DNA from: Isurus oxyrinchus
Lineage: Eukaryota
Direction of reading: 5' to 3'
Assembly: GCA_026770705.1 (NCBI GenBank)
Contig: JANJGN010000121.1
Coordinates: 744,001 to 808,000 of the forward strand
DNA length: 64,000 bases
Position 1 is the first letter of the stretch. Each line of letters begins with the position of its first letter. The translations under genes and the position numbers were made by a program. Positions 11,376 to 24,400 of the stretch are shown in pieces. The notes under the pieces are model-generated. The model saw only the letters and a list, made by a program, of their open reading frames with translations. It had not been told where the DNA came from and made no database searches.

Positions 11376-11601
11376 ATAATGATAACAGGGATCGTTGAAA
11401 TGTATCATAAGGCCAGAGACCTGTATTGGGAACTCTTATCGCCTGAGTTTCAGCCTCCGAGGTGAGGGGGAGGAGTCTAATCCCACGGAGCCAATGGAGA
11501 AGCTTGATGACTACAGCTGCCCAAATATGAGCTGACAGATCATCACATGGTAAACGTTTTGCTGAGAGCACAAAACATCCTCGATCTTCTCACTGGTTAC
11601 C

Positions 11602-11619
11602 CACTTCCTCATTTTATCT
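11602..11619. promoter_or_regulatory. PU.1/Spi-B site with overlapping GATA motif in the putative gene B promoter
   Basis: CACTTCCTCATTTT (reverse complement AAAATGAGGAAGTG, PU.1 consensus) overlapping TTATCT, about 130 bp upstream of a G/GTAAGT donor at 11743. Confidence 0.6.
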
Positions 11620-11649
11620 CACAGTGACACATCAACCCTTTCTAATTAA

Positions 11650-11742
11650 ACACACAGAGGGAGCAGCACAGGAAGAGGTCATTCAGCCCAAGCAGAGCGT
11701 GTGGGCAGTTCCTCCCCAGGCGAGCAGTCGGACAGGTCCTGG
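11650..11742 (+). other. Gene B putative non-coding first exon (start approximate)
   Basis: Non-repetitive sequence ending in a consensus donor GG/GTAAGT. The next exon (12151) has an acceptor upstream of its ATG, so a preceding 5'UTR exon is required. Confidence 0.55.
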
Positions 11743-12192
11743 GTAAGTAACGGAACGATTGGAATTCACTTCCACCACCAACACCGTCCTTTGTTGATGT
11801 TGTGACTTTATAAAGACAGATTCCAATGATTGATGCCTTTGAAAGATTTCTACTGATTATTGAGATCTGGGTGTGAGGCTCAAGTCTGTTGTACAGAACA
11901 TCTTTCTAGCTCAAGGGATGAGAGAAGTGCAGAGACATGAGCTTTGGGACGTCTTGAGGTGGTGAAAGGTGCTATAGAAATGCAAATCCTTCAATGTTTT
12001 TCTTTCTTAAAGCCTTGTAACTCTCTGTAGAGCACCTATCATCCCACAGAGAATCAAATTAGTCTGTCAAGACATTGTCCAAAAACAGTTCTGATCTCTT
12101 GAGAGCTGTCGGACAAGAGGTGAGGTCTCATTAACTCCTTTCTCTTTCAGAGTTTGAGAGTCAGAAGCTTATGAAATATTTGGGAGTGGACA

Positions 12193-12232
12193 ATGATCGG
12201 GAAATCCTACTTCCTCCTGTCACTTCTCCAAG
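12193..12232 (+). CDS. Gene B signal-peptide (leader) coding part of exon 12151-12232
   Basis: Acceptor ctttctctttcag, then ATG giving MIGKSYFLLSLLQ + G/GTAAT in phase 1. Joins in frame to any V exon (MIGKSYFLLSLLQVGLSQEW or ...AEPSQEW). Confidence 0.82.
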
Positions 12233-13869
12233 GTAATAACATCGTCAGCTCGGACAGGTTTATGGCTAGTAGTCTTTGTAAAAGATCATTCTTATTGAGC
12301 TCTGATAGGGAACTGATTCAGCAGTGAGCCAGTGTACAAACGCACACCAAGTCCCATTCACCCATCACCCCTGTGCTCACTGATATACACTGATTCCCTG
12401 TCTGACAGCAGAATTGGAGGAAAGCAGAGATCTCAGAGGGTTTTAGGGTTGGAGGAGGTTACAGGGATCGGGAGTGTAGAGGGGGGATGGTGGGGTAAGA
12501 AATCGATGATGAGAATTTGAAATTTGAGTCATTGCTGGACTGGGAGCCAGTGTAGGTCAGCCAGTGACAGGGGAGCGATCGGCTGAATAGAGAATCAGGA
12601 ACACCAACTGGGGGATGAAGTCTATCCTGATGCTGGGACTCGAATAACAATGCCCTGAAATTTTGTGTCTTTTGCTGATTTTGTCAGAATTTCCCATGAA
12701 GACAACACAGCAGCTCCTAGAATAGACAGGTTGTTCAGTGTCACACTTCCTGTCCATTCTCACCTTGCTAGATACTTCAATAAGGGAGCAAGATAACTGA
12801 AAGAGAGAAGGAAGGCAAAGCTGTCCGTGTGTAAAACTGTCAAATATTCTGAGTTCTCATGAGTGTCTCTGATCTGCTGCAGAGTTTAAATTTCACAGAA
12901 TCTGAGCACTTTGCAGCTCAGAGAGAGACCATTGACTCACTGCCTGAAAGGGCGGTGGAAGCAGATTCAACAGGAACTTTCAGAAGGGGAACTGGATAAA
13001 TACTTGAAGGGGACATTTTGCAGGGCTGTGGAGGAGAGAGCAGAGGTGAGAGTGGGACTAATTGGACAGATCTTTCAAAGGCCCAGCACAGGCTCGATGG
13101 GCCAAATGGCATCTTTCTGATCCGGATCATTCTACAATCTGATAAATTAAGCCCCACATCAGTAACTCTTCAGGCTCCTGCTGCAGGGATGGATCTTTGA
13201 GAAGGACAGGGAACAAGAGGTTCCTGGTATCATTTTCATATTTCTTGACAATTACATAAGTGTATAGATCTGTTGAGTATTTGAGTCTCTAAAGCGTAGA
13301 GGTAATCTGCTGTTATGTCGAGATCTTGTGGTGGCAAAATTGTCTGGAGGTTTCTTTAATTGCTCACATTGATCTGTGGGATTGTCATTCTTTGATGTTG
13401 TCCCTGGTTTCAATTGACATTACACCCTTGATGCAATTGAGGAGGCTTTAAACTAATATGGCAGGGGATGGGATCCCGAGAGGAGGTTCAACAGGGAGAG
13501 ATGCACAGCCAAAATTAGAAGAGAGCAAATGAACCTGGAAGGCATAGAAATTATTGGCCATTTAAGGCTCAAGATAGCGTGGCAAAGTTGGATTGTATTA
13601 ATTTTAATGCAAGGAGTCTGACAGACTTGAATTCTCCTGCAGGTGTAATGTTGCAGCTGCCTTGAAACTGCCAATATTGTTGAATCTTTCTGCATATTTC
13701 AATGTTATGTCATGAACTGAGTTTATGGGATAGTTTCTGAGACTGGGACAGACATAAATCCATTGGCTTTCAGCCGGACCGGACAATCTTGGAAGTGGGT
13801 GGGGCCAGAAAATCCCACCCCTATGGGAACATTTTCAGTTTATTTGATGTGCCCAGAGAGATCAATAAA

Positions 13870-15600
13870 GACCACAATCCACAATTTATTGGCAAGCCAC
13901 GTCAGGATATGTGTGAGAGGTGGAATATCGATCACCGCTCCTAGTCTCGTCGTGTACATCATCGCCATTTCCTGGTTTGTCAGTCACCACATGTATATGT
14001 TCCTGATGGGATAGCGGATGGTCATTCTTATTGCTTGAAGTTACCCCGTTGTGCAGGGTTTGTTTGGATCAGCGCACGGCTCTTTGTAGCTGCATCAGCC
14101 TTTGCTCTAGTGCCCTGCTGCTGTCAATGGCCCTTTCTGCCACAAGCCTTGCAGGATTGGTGGAAAGCTGGGCATTTCCTTGGTGCCTGCAGAAGGCCAC
14201 ACCTTCCACACGTCTCACTAGGTTTGGATGTTCTAGTGAGTGTGTCAACAATTGATGTTGTACTGAGGACCTGTAAGCTTCGTTGACCTGCGAGGATCAC
14301 TTCGTATTTATGTCCATCCTTGAGTAGCTCTTCAATGCTATAGGTTTTGGTCTTATCTAGCAGATCTTTCTGGAAGGCTTCCATGGGAGTGGATGCGATC
14401 ACCAACTCAACAACTCTGTCCGCAGACTCTGTGTTTGAAATCACAGTGCGTACCCTTTTCTCTACATCGGCTGATGAAGTGGTCTATGGATTGTGTAGGC
14501 TGATGAAATGACATAAACTCTAGTTGATGAATATGGAGTTTCACCTGATTCTGAACCTGTCTTCCAATATCGTCCATATCTATTGGGGATCCTTTCGCTC
14601 TTCTGCTGTTAATCCTGATGTGTTCAGCCTGTGTAGACATTCATTCCCAATCACGAGGTGAATTTTTATGGCTTGTTCGTCTGGTTCAGTCACACCTGAA
14701 TCAGGAAACCAGAGCTCTGTATGCTGTTTAAACATCCTGAATTCAGATAGTCGGTCAGCTACATCCCAGTTCAAACTGGGGAATTTCGTGGACATTCTGA
14801 CAATATTCCTTTGACCTTCCTTATCCTACAGGACCTGGGATGAGTGTCGCTTTAGCCCCTTTCATGCGCTTTTCCGAAGCTCTGCCCACGGAGACGGGTT
14901 GTGGCAGGAACACACCACGGAGTAATGGAGTCTTTGTTTTTTATTCAATTTGCTGTTCATCAAACTCAAAGCCGTCCGTTATAATCACTAACTTGTCTGG
15001 GCTGATTTTTATAATGGTTTTTGTGTGTTTGACTCTCCCTTGCTCACTATCGATCCAGCCCACACCCTGGTCACTCGCCTTCCCTGACTGAGCTAACCCG
15101 CTGCTGGTCCTGGCGATACACACTGTCCCACTCACTGACCTACAGGCTGTGTGCTGTAATCTCACCACGAGGGATCCGTCTGCTCCCCAGCTCTTTACTT
15201 GAGCTCTTTCCCGTCACTGTGTCTTCAAAGGTTTCCTGAGCAGTCAGTACACTGCGATTTCAACCCTCTCTGATGCTGTGTCTCTGTTGTGGTCTGACCA
15301 AAGCGTCGAGGATCGTCTCATGTCATCTAGCTCGATCTAAGGCTGTTCACCGCGTCGTACCTGTACTGAATCTTGCTGCCTGAATGTTTGGCCACCGCCG
15401 ATCACCATGTTGTGTTTTTATAATGATATAAAGGCACCAGCCACTGATACGGAATTGGGTAAATACATTGTGGGTTCAGTTATTTAGAATAGTGACATGA
15501 GAACAGATATACAAGGATAGAAAGCTGGGAGACACCTGCAGCCAAACTGTGTGAGCTGTGTTCTGCTCACAGGCCAAAGTGAAACTTGGACTGGATGGTG
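13870..15600 (-). mobile_element. Degenerate Ty3/Gypsy-like LTR retrotransposon (gag, PBS-like site)
   Basis: Minus-strand gag-like peptides MSTKFPSLNWD..FRMFKQ and QSIDHFISRCR, zinc knuckle CPAFHQSCKACGRKGH, and PBS-like TGGTGATCGGCGGTGGC at 15391-15407 (minus). Confidence 0.7.
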
Positions 15601-17514
15601 TTACCATCCCAGCTGATGTTACTACTGGGCAAGTCAGATCCCAGGGTGGAACTCAGCTTGACAGGTCCTAACTTTTATTTTTTATTTAGGAATGTGGAGT
15701 GCGGCTACTGAACAGAGTCATAGGAGTCATCTGATGAACTTCTAACAAAAGAATAAAACATTTATTAAACTAGGAAAGACAAACTATATGACATTACTCA
15801 TTCACCCAGATCTATACCTTTGCAGATTCATAAGTAGAACACAAGTTACGATAACTATCTTATGCTCTCATGTTCACACTATGTACACAGTCGATGTAAA
15901 CCAATAGACGACCTGTGGTCAGGGACACCACATTCTGAAAGCAAGTGGCAGAGCCCACTTGAAACAAATTCTATGTCTCATCTGACCCCAGACGCTTGTT
16001 GCACTGTGAGCCAACCAGTCTCACTGAAAAGCTTCTTTCATATGAGGGTTTCCAATCTCCACTCTCCAAGAACTCACTTTGGAATCTCCTCCAACATGAC
16101 ACTTTCACTCAGACACCTTCCACAAGGGTCCACTTTCACTATTTCAAACTCTCCTTCCCATGCTCCTGCCCCCTGGATCGCCACGTGCATTCAGCATTCC
16201 TTCCACGCCCTGTCTCTCCAATGCTCAGCCGTGTCAATGGAACACCATGGCTTCACATGGCCGTAGTAATGAGTCACCAACCTGTGGTGTCTCCTAGGAT
16301 CTTCTGGCTTCTCACAAGCCTATTTTGCTTTAGGCCTGTGTCCTGCTGCTTTCTCCCTTTATGCTTGAAGCCTTCTTCTGCTCCTCACTCTTAACTTCAC
16401 TTAACAGGGCCGTTTCCAGATTTGACTAGAAGGTTTTCTTGGGCCCTTTCTCCTGTCAAACTCGACAGTTTTGGCTTCTTCTTTACTTTGGGACTGACTA
16501 TCTGTCCCGCTCCTTTGCTGCTTCTCCTGGCAACTCCTTTCAACTGAACTAAAAGTACTTTTCTGTTTTTCTCGGTCTCTGTGGGTCCTTCCCTCTGGAT
16601 CACTGTTGCTAGGCAACAGCACAGTTTCTTACACCTTGTATTTGTTTTGACTTCCCTTCAACAGTCATAAAACCTCAATGGAATGCTGGCTTCTTTTTAA
16701 CTCAAGTTCCCCCTTTTCTCAACACCCAAATACAGAAATACAAACTAAACTTGAACTTAAAGATAGACCTTTTGCCTAACACACACAAATACACATAGAA
16801 CTTACTTAAGCGAACACCAGTTCCTAAAAATCACATGACAAACTTCCCCTCGAGTGATGTCATGCTGCTGTCCCTGAAAGGCATATTACAACCGTGTTAT
16901 CACTTGGCAGGTGATGTGTGCCAGGCAGACCAAGTCCCTGAGAGAAACCTGGTCACACTATCATAATGATTTTGCAATTTGCATTTATTATGAGATGTGT
17001 GCACTGAATTCAGAAGCACTAACTCCACCAATACCTTTAGAGATTTAAAACAATAAATAAACATATTTGTCATCAAAATAAAGGATTTCAAGCACATACA
17101 TAACTACAAGACTGCTATCATAACTCCTAAAATTCCTAATTAACCTGACTCCCAGTTACAGTCCCTTTAAGGCAACAGACCAAAAATAGATGTTAGATTT
17201 AAAACAAAATCAGCAAGTTAACCCAATGCCCCGGACAATGGAATTCCAAATGCATTGTCCCCAACTTCAGTTCTGTTGGAGAGCAGACTTCTGCACAAAC
17301 AGGGTCCTGAGGACCATGAACCAATGTAGAATGAACTTTTCCGCTTTTGTGTCCAGGATTCTCTTCCATCTGGTGTGATACTTGTGGAGTTCATTGTGTG
17401 TCCTGTAGATGGTCCACACTGCAGCCACTGTGCCCGAGTGATGGAGGGGGTGGATATCGAGTCTAGTGGATCAACAAAACATCCAGAGTTAAATATTGAT
17501 ATTTCTCTCCCCAG

Positions 17515-17892
17515 TTGGATTGTCACAAGAGTGGAAAGGTGACACTCCACGAGAGGTGACAGCGCAGGAAGGTTCGTGTGTACAGATTCCATGTCATTAC
17601 AGTTATCCATCAGATTTGGTAAAGAAACCACATGTCGGAATCTGGAAAATGAGAAGATACATACGGAACAAATGGTCTAAATGGTCTATAGCCTTTCACT
17701 CCAAGGGTCACAGTCACGAGTTATCACAGTTCCACCATCGGACCCGGCTGTCTGGAGACCTGAAAGATGGCGACTGTTCCCTGATTATAAACAACATCAG
17801 ACGGGAAGATGCAGGATATTATTTTTTCACGATAAAATTTGGCAATGGTCCGAGACATAACGTTTCCCCTGAAACCCAGCTTCAGGTTTCTG
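17515..17892 (+). CDS. Gene B V-set exon V3 (basic type; essential Arg replaced by Thr)
   Basis: Canonical splice sites, phase 1-1, open frame. YYFFTIKF instead of PYFFRIEF (ACG at 17829-17831). Confidence 0.9.
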
Positions 17893-18144
17893 GTAAGTGC
17901 TGCGTTATAATTACTCACCAATTCACATCCAACACTCAATGGGAAATAATAGTGTTTGATTTGCTTGTTTTTTGGCCGTGTTAACCAGCGTCACTATTTT
18001 TAATGATTTGTCTATTTCTGCTCCCAGATCCATGAGCTTATTGTGTGTGATTGAATCCACATCATAGCTGTAACGTAAACCGAGCTGAGGGGTGATGACA
18101 CCTCCCCCCTGAGTGAAGTGTCTCCTCCCCACTACACCTTCCAC

Positions 18145-20122
18145 CCCTCACACTGTCCGTGTAAACCCCCGTCCCATCTCCAGCCTCTCTTTCCCCTCCA
18201 AAGTCCTTGAACGTGTTTCCATCTCCCGAATCCGGTTACATCTTTCCCAGAACTCCATGTTTGAATCCCTCCAATCAGGTTCCCACCCCAGCCACTGTGC
18301 TGAAACAGCTCTTATCAAGGTCACAAATGGCATCCTGTGTGACTGTGACAAAGGTCAACTTTCCCTCCTCGTCCTTCTCGATCTGTCTGCAGCCTTTGAC
18401 ATGCTCGACCACACCATCCTCCTCCAACTCCCCTCCACTGTCGTCCAGCTGGGTGGGACTGCTCTCTCCTGGCTCCATTCTTATCCATCTCATCGTAGCC
18501 AGAGAATCACTTGCAATGGCTTTGCAGCATCATCTGAACAGTGTTAGTTTTCACCTGTCCACTGAGGATCCCCAGCTCTACCTCACCACCACCTCTCTCG
18601 ACTCCTCCACTGCTGCTAAATTATCAGGCTGCTTATCCGACATCCAGTACTGGATGGGCAGAAATTCCCTCCAATTAAATATTGGAAAGACTGAAGCCAT
18701 TGGCTTCATTCCCCGCTCCAAACTCTGTTCCCTTGCTACCAATTCCATTCCTCTCCCTGGCAGCTCTCTGAGATTGAAGCCAATCTGTTCACAGCTTTGT
18801 TGTCCCATTTGATCCTGAGATGAGCTTCCGGCCTCATATCTGCGCCCTCACTAACACCGTCTATTTCCACCTCCATAACGTCGTACGACTTCACCCTGTC
18901 TCAGCTCATCTGCTGCTGAAACCCTCATCCACGCCTTCATTACCTCCAGACTCGACTGTTCCAACACATGCTCTACACTCCATAAACTTGAGGCCATCCA
19001 AAACTGCTGACCACGTCCTTACTCACACCAAGTCCCGTTCCCTTATCACCCGCTCTGCTCGATGACCGAGACTGGCTCCTGGTCAAGCAAAGTCTCAATG
19101 TCCAAATTTTTGAATATTTTTCCTCCCTATTACAGTAATCTCCTCCTTTATCTTCATCCACGGCAACATTCCCTATCTCAGGAGCCTCTTCCAGTCCCTA
19201 CAACCCTCTCTATCTCAGGAGCCTCCTCCAGTCCCTACAACCCTCCCTATCTCAGGAGCCTCCTCCAGTCCCTACAACCCTCGCTATCTCAGGAGACTCC
19301 TCCAGTTCCTACAACCCTCCTATCTCAGTACTCTCTTCCAATCCCGAAAACCATTCCTATCACTGCAAACTCCTCCGGACCCAACACCCCTCCCTATCTC
19401 TTTAACCTCCTCAAGCCCCGATAACCCTCACGATATTCGTAGCCTCCTCCAGTCCTAACAACCTCCCCTATCTCTGCAACCTCCTCCAGACCGAATACCT
19501 CTCCCTATCTCTGTAAGCTGGTCCATCTCTTACAACCCTTCATATTTCTGTAACCTCCTCCAGCCCACTACAACCCTCCCTATCTCTGTAACCTCCTCCA
19601 GTCCCTAAGAGTTTCCTTTATCTCTGTAACCTCCTCCAGCCATTATAACCCTCCCTATCTCTGTAGCCTCCCTCAGCCCCAGCCACACTCCATATCTATG
19701 TAACCTCGTCCTGCCCTTACAACCCTCCCTATCTCTGTAACCCCATCCTGCCCCAAAAACTCCCCCATCTCTGTAAACTCCTCCAGTCCCTGCAACCTTC
19801 CCTACCTCTGAAACCTCCACCAGCCTTTCCAACCCTCCCTACCTCTGCAATCCGTCCAGCCCCTACAACTCTTCCTATCCCTGTAAACTCCTCCTGCCCC
19901 TAAAACCCTCTCTGCCCTTGCAGCCTCCTCCAGTCCCTACACGCTCCCCATCTCCATAAACTCCTCAAATCCCTACAGCCCTCCCTATCTCTGCAACCTC
20001 CTCCAGGTCCTACCACCCTCCCTATCTGCGTAACCTCCTCCAGTATCTACAGCCCTCCCTATCTCTGTTACCTCCTCCAGCCCCCACAAACCTCCCTATC
20101 TGTGTAACCTCCTCCAGCCCCT
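18145..20122 (+). mobile_element. L2/CR1-group LINE RT fragment plus C-rich minisatellite (paralog of 1695-3200)
   Basis: Near-identical ORFs 18113..18812 versus 1664..2363. Confidence 0.8.
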
Positions 20123-20189
20123 GATGGAAGGTGGGTCGAGTGGGTCAGTCACTTGCATGTTTATTCTGCAGCTTTAATATTTTAAGATG

Positions 20190-20965
20190 GTAAGAATGTA
20201 GGAACATAAGAAATAGGGACAGGAGCAGGCCATTCGGCCCCTCGAGCCTGCTCTCACTGATCTGGTTGTGGCCTTAACTCCATTTTCCTGCCTGTCCCCC
20301 AAACCCTTGACTCCCTTGTCGATCAAAAACCTGCCTCACTCAGCCTTGAGTCTATTCAATGGCCCAGCCTCCACTGCTCTCTGGGGAAGAGAATTCCACA
20401 GGCTAGCGCCTCTCTGAGAGAGGAAATTCCTCCTCATCTCAGTCTTAGATGGGAGCGCCCTCATTCTGAAACTGTGCTCCCTGGTTCTAGATTCCCCCAC
20501 GAGGGGGAAACATCCTCCCAGCATCCACCCTGTCAAGCCCCCTCGGAATCGGATATGTTTCAATAAGGTCACCCCTCATTCTTCTAAACTCCAATGGATA
20601 CAGGCCCAACCTGCTCAACATTTCCTCACAGGACAAACCCTTTAATCCCAGGAATCAGCCCAGTGAACCTCCTCTGGACTGCGTTCAATGCAACTCTATC
20701 CCTCCATAATTAAGGAGACCAGAACTGTACACACTGCTCCTGATACAATCTCACCCTGTGCAGCTGTTGCAAGACTTCCCTCCTTTTATACTCCATCCCT
20801 TTGCAATAAAGGCCAACATTCCACTTGCCTTCCTCATTCCGTGGTGTTCCTGAATGCTGACTTTCTGTGATTCATGTACAAGGACACCCAGAACCCTCTG
20901 TACTGCATTCTGCAGCCTGTCTCCATTTAAATAATATCCTGTTTTTCTATTCTTCCTGCCAAAAT
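20190..20965 (-). mobile_element. CR1-type LINE fragment (paralog of 4110-4835)
   Basis: ORFs 20336..20572 and 20751..21179. Confidence 0.78.
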
Positions 20966-21083
20966 AATTTGTTGCCATTCTCCTCAGTATTGACCATCCC
21001 CCCAATTCAGCCTCATCAGTAAATTTTGAGTCTAGTGGATCCACAAACCATCCAGAGTTAAATATTGATATTTCTCTCCCCAG

Positions 21084-21452
21084 CTGAACCATCACAAGAG
21101 TGGAAAGGTGACACTCCACGAGAGGTGACAGCGCAGGAAGGTTCGTGTGTACAGATTCCATGTCATTACAGTTATCCATCGTGTCTGGAAAACCAAACGC
21201 GAGGTGGAGTCTGGTTTAATAATGAGAAACAGATTCCCTGGGCTCCCATTGCCTTTCACTCCAAGGATCACCGTCACGAGTTACCACGGTTCCACCATCG
21301 GACCCGGCTGTCTGGAGACCTGAAAGATGGCGACTGTTCTCTGATTATAAACAACGTCAGACAGGAAGATGCAGGACCTTATTTTTTCAGGATAGAATTT
21401 GACAATGGTCCGGGACATAACTATTACCCTGTAACCCAGCTTCAGGTTTCTG
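21084..21452 (+). CDS. Gene B V-set exon V4 (acidic type)
   Basis: Acceptor ccccag, donor G/GTAAGT, open frame, YFFRIE. Confidence 0.9.
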
Positions 21453-24400
21453 GTAAGTGCTGTGTTATAATTACTCACCAATTCACATTCACCACTCAAT
21501 GGGAAATAATAGTGTTTGATTTGCTTGTTTTTTGGCCGTGTTAACCAGCGTCACTATTTTTAATGATTTGTCTATTTCTGCTCCCAGATCCATGAGCTTA
21601 TTGTGTGTGATTGAATCCACATCATAGCTGTAACGTAAACCGAGCTGAGGGGTGATGACACCTCCCCCCTGAGTGAAGTGTCTCCTCCCCACTACACCTT
21701 CCACCCCTCACACTGTCCCTGTAAACCCCCGTCCCATCTCCAGCCTCTCTTTCCCCTCCAAAGTCCATGAACGTGTTTCCATCTCCCGAATCCGGTTCCA
21801 TCTTTCCCGGAACTCCATGTTTGAATCCCTCCAATCAGGTTCCCACCCCAGCCACTGTGCTGAAACAGCTCTTATCAAGGTCACAAATGGCATCCTGTGT
21901 GACTGTGACAAAGGTCAACTTTCCCTCCTCGTCCTTCTCGATCTGTCTGCAGCCTTTGACATGCTCGACCACACCATCCTCCTCCAACACCTGTCCACTG
22001 TCGTCCAGCTGCGTGGAACTGCTCTCCCCTGGCTCCATTCTTATCCATCTCATCGTAGCCAGAGAATCACTTGCAATGGCTTTGCAGCATCATCTGAACA
22101 GTATTAGTTTTCACCTGTCCACTGAGGATCCCCAGCTCTACCTCACCACCACCTCTCTCGACTCCTCCACTGCTGCTAAATTATCAGGCTGCTTATCCGA
22201 CATCCAGTACTGGATGGGCAGAAATTCCCTCCAATTAAATATTGGAAAGACTGAAGCCATTGGCTTCATTCCCCACTCCAAACTCTGTTCCCTCGCTACC
22301 AACTCCATTCCTCTCCCTGGCAGCTCTCTGAGATTGAAGCCAATCTGTTCACAGCTTTGTTGTCCCATTTGATCCTAAGATGAGCTTCCGGCCTCATATC
22401 TGCGCCCTCACTAACACCGTCTATTTCCACCTCCATAACGTCGTACGACTTCACCCTGTCTCAGCTCATCTGCTGCTGAAACCCTCATCCACGCCTTCAT
22501 TACCTCCAGACTCGACTGTTCCAACACATGCTCTACACTCCATAAACTTGAGGCCATCCAAAACTGCTGACCACGTCCTTACTCACACCAAGTCCCGTTC
22601 CCTTATCACCCGCTCTGCTCGATGACCGAGACTGGCTCCTGGTCAAGCAAAGTCTCAATGTCCAAATTTTTGAATATTTTTCCTCCCTGTTACAGTAATC
22701 TCCTCCTTTATCTTCATCCACGGCAACATTCCCTATCTCAGGAGCCTCTTCCAGTCCCTACAACCCTCTCTATCTCAGGAGCCTCCTCCAGTCCCTACAA
22801 CCCTCCCTATCTCAGGAGCCTCCTCCAGTCCCTACAACCCTCGCTATCTCAGGAGACTCCTCCAGTTCCTACAACCCTCCTATCTCAGTACTCTCTTCCA
22901 ATCCCGAAAACCATTCCTATCACTGCAAACTCCTCCGGACCCAACACCCCTCCCTATCTCTTTAACCTCCTCAAGCCCCGATAACCCTCGCGATATTCGT
23001 AGCCTCCTCCAGTCCTAACAACCTCCCCTATCTCTGCAACCTCCTCCAGACCGAATACCTCTCCCTATCTCTGTAACCTCCTCCAGTCCCTAAGAGTTTC
23101 CTTTATCTCTGTAACCTCCTCCAGCCATTATAACCCTCCCTATCTCTGTAGCCTCCCTCAGCCCCAGCCACACTCCATATCTATGTAACCTCGTCCTGCC
23201 CTTACAACCCTCCCTATCTCTGTAACCCCATCCTGCCCCAAAAACTCCCCCATCTCTGTAAACTCCTCCAGTCCCTGCAACCTTCCCTACCTCTGAAACC
23301 TCCACCAGCCTTTCCAACCCTCCCTACCTCTGCAATCCGTCCAGCCCCTACAACTCTTCCTATCCCTGTAAACTCCTCCTGCCCCTAAAACCCTCTCTGC
23401 CCTTGCAGCCTCCTCCAGTCCCTACACGCTCCCCATCTCCATAAACTCCTCAAATCCCTACAGCCCTCCCTATCTCTGCAACCTCCTCCAGGTCCTACCA
23501 CCCTCCCTATCTGCGTAACCTCCTCCAGTATCTACAGCCCTCCCTATCTCTGTTACCTCCTCCAGCCCCCACAAACCTCCCTATCTGTGTAACCTCCTCC
23601 AGCCCCTGATGGAAGGTGGGTCGAGCGGGTCAGTCACTTGCATGTTTATTCTGCAGCTTTAATATTTTAAGATGGTAAGAATGTAGGAACATAAGAAATA
23701 GGGACAGGAGCAGGCCATTCGGCCCCTCGAGCCTGCTCTCACTGATCTGGTTGTGGCCTTAACTCCATTTTCCTGCCTGTCCCCCAAACCCTTGACTCCC
23801 TTGTCGATCAAAAACCTGCCTCACTCAGCCTTGAGTCTATTCAATGGCCCAGCCTCCACTGCTCTCTGGGGAAGAGAATTCCACAGGCTAGCGCCTCTCT
23901 GAGAGAGGAAATTCCTCCTCATCTCAGTCTTAAATGGGAGAGCCCTCATTCCGAAACTGTGCTCCCTGGTTCTAGATTCCCCCATGAGGGGGAAACATCC
24001 TCCCAGCATCCACCCTGTCAAGCCCCCTCGGAATCGGATATGTTTCAATAAGGTCACTCCTCATTCTTCTAAACTCCAATGGATACAGGCCCAACCTGCT
24101 CAACATTTCCTCACAGGACAAACCCTTTAATCCCAGGAATCAGCCCAGTGATCCTCCTCTGAACTGCGTTCAATGCAACTCTATCCCTCCATAAGTAAGG
24201 AGTCCAGAACTGTACACACTGCTCCTGATACAATCTCACCCTGTGCAGCTGTTGCAAGACTTCCCTCCTTTTATACTCCATCCCTTTGCAATAAAGGTCA
24301 ACTTTCCACTTGCCTTCCTCATTCCGTGGTGTTCCTGAATGCTGACTTTCTGTGATTCATGTACAAGGACACCCAGATCCCTCTGTACTGCATTCTGCAT

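Noticed and set aside
9434-11398. Long ORFs (341, 218 aa etc.) with TVQHSLSTDP repeats, also at 36185, 48642 and 61147
   Set aside because: They are translations of a 33-bp (multiple of 3) minisatellite, open in several frames on both strands, with no splice or domain support
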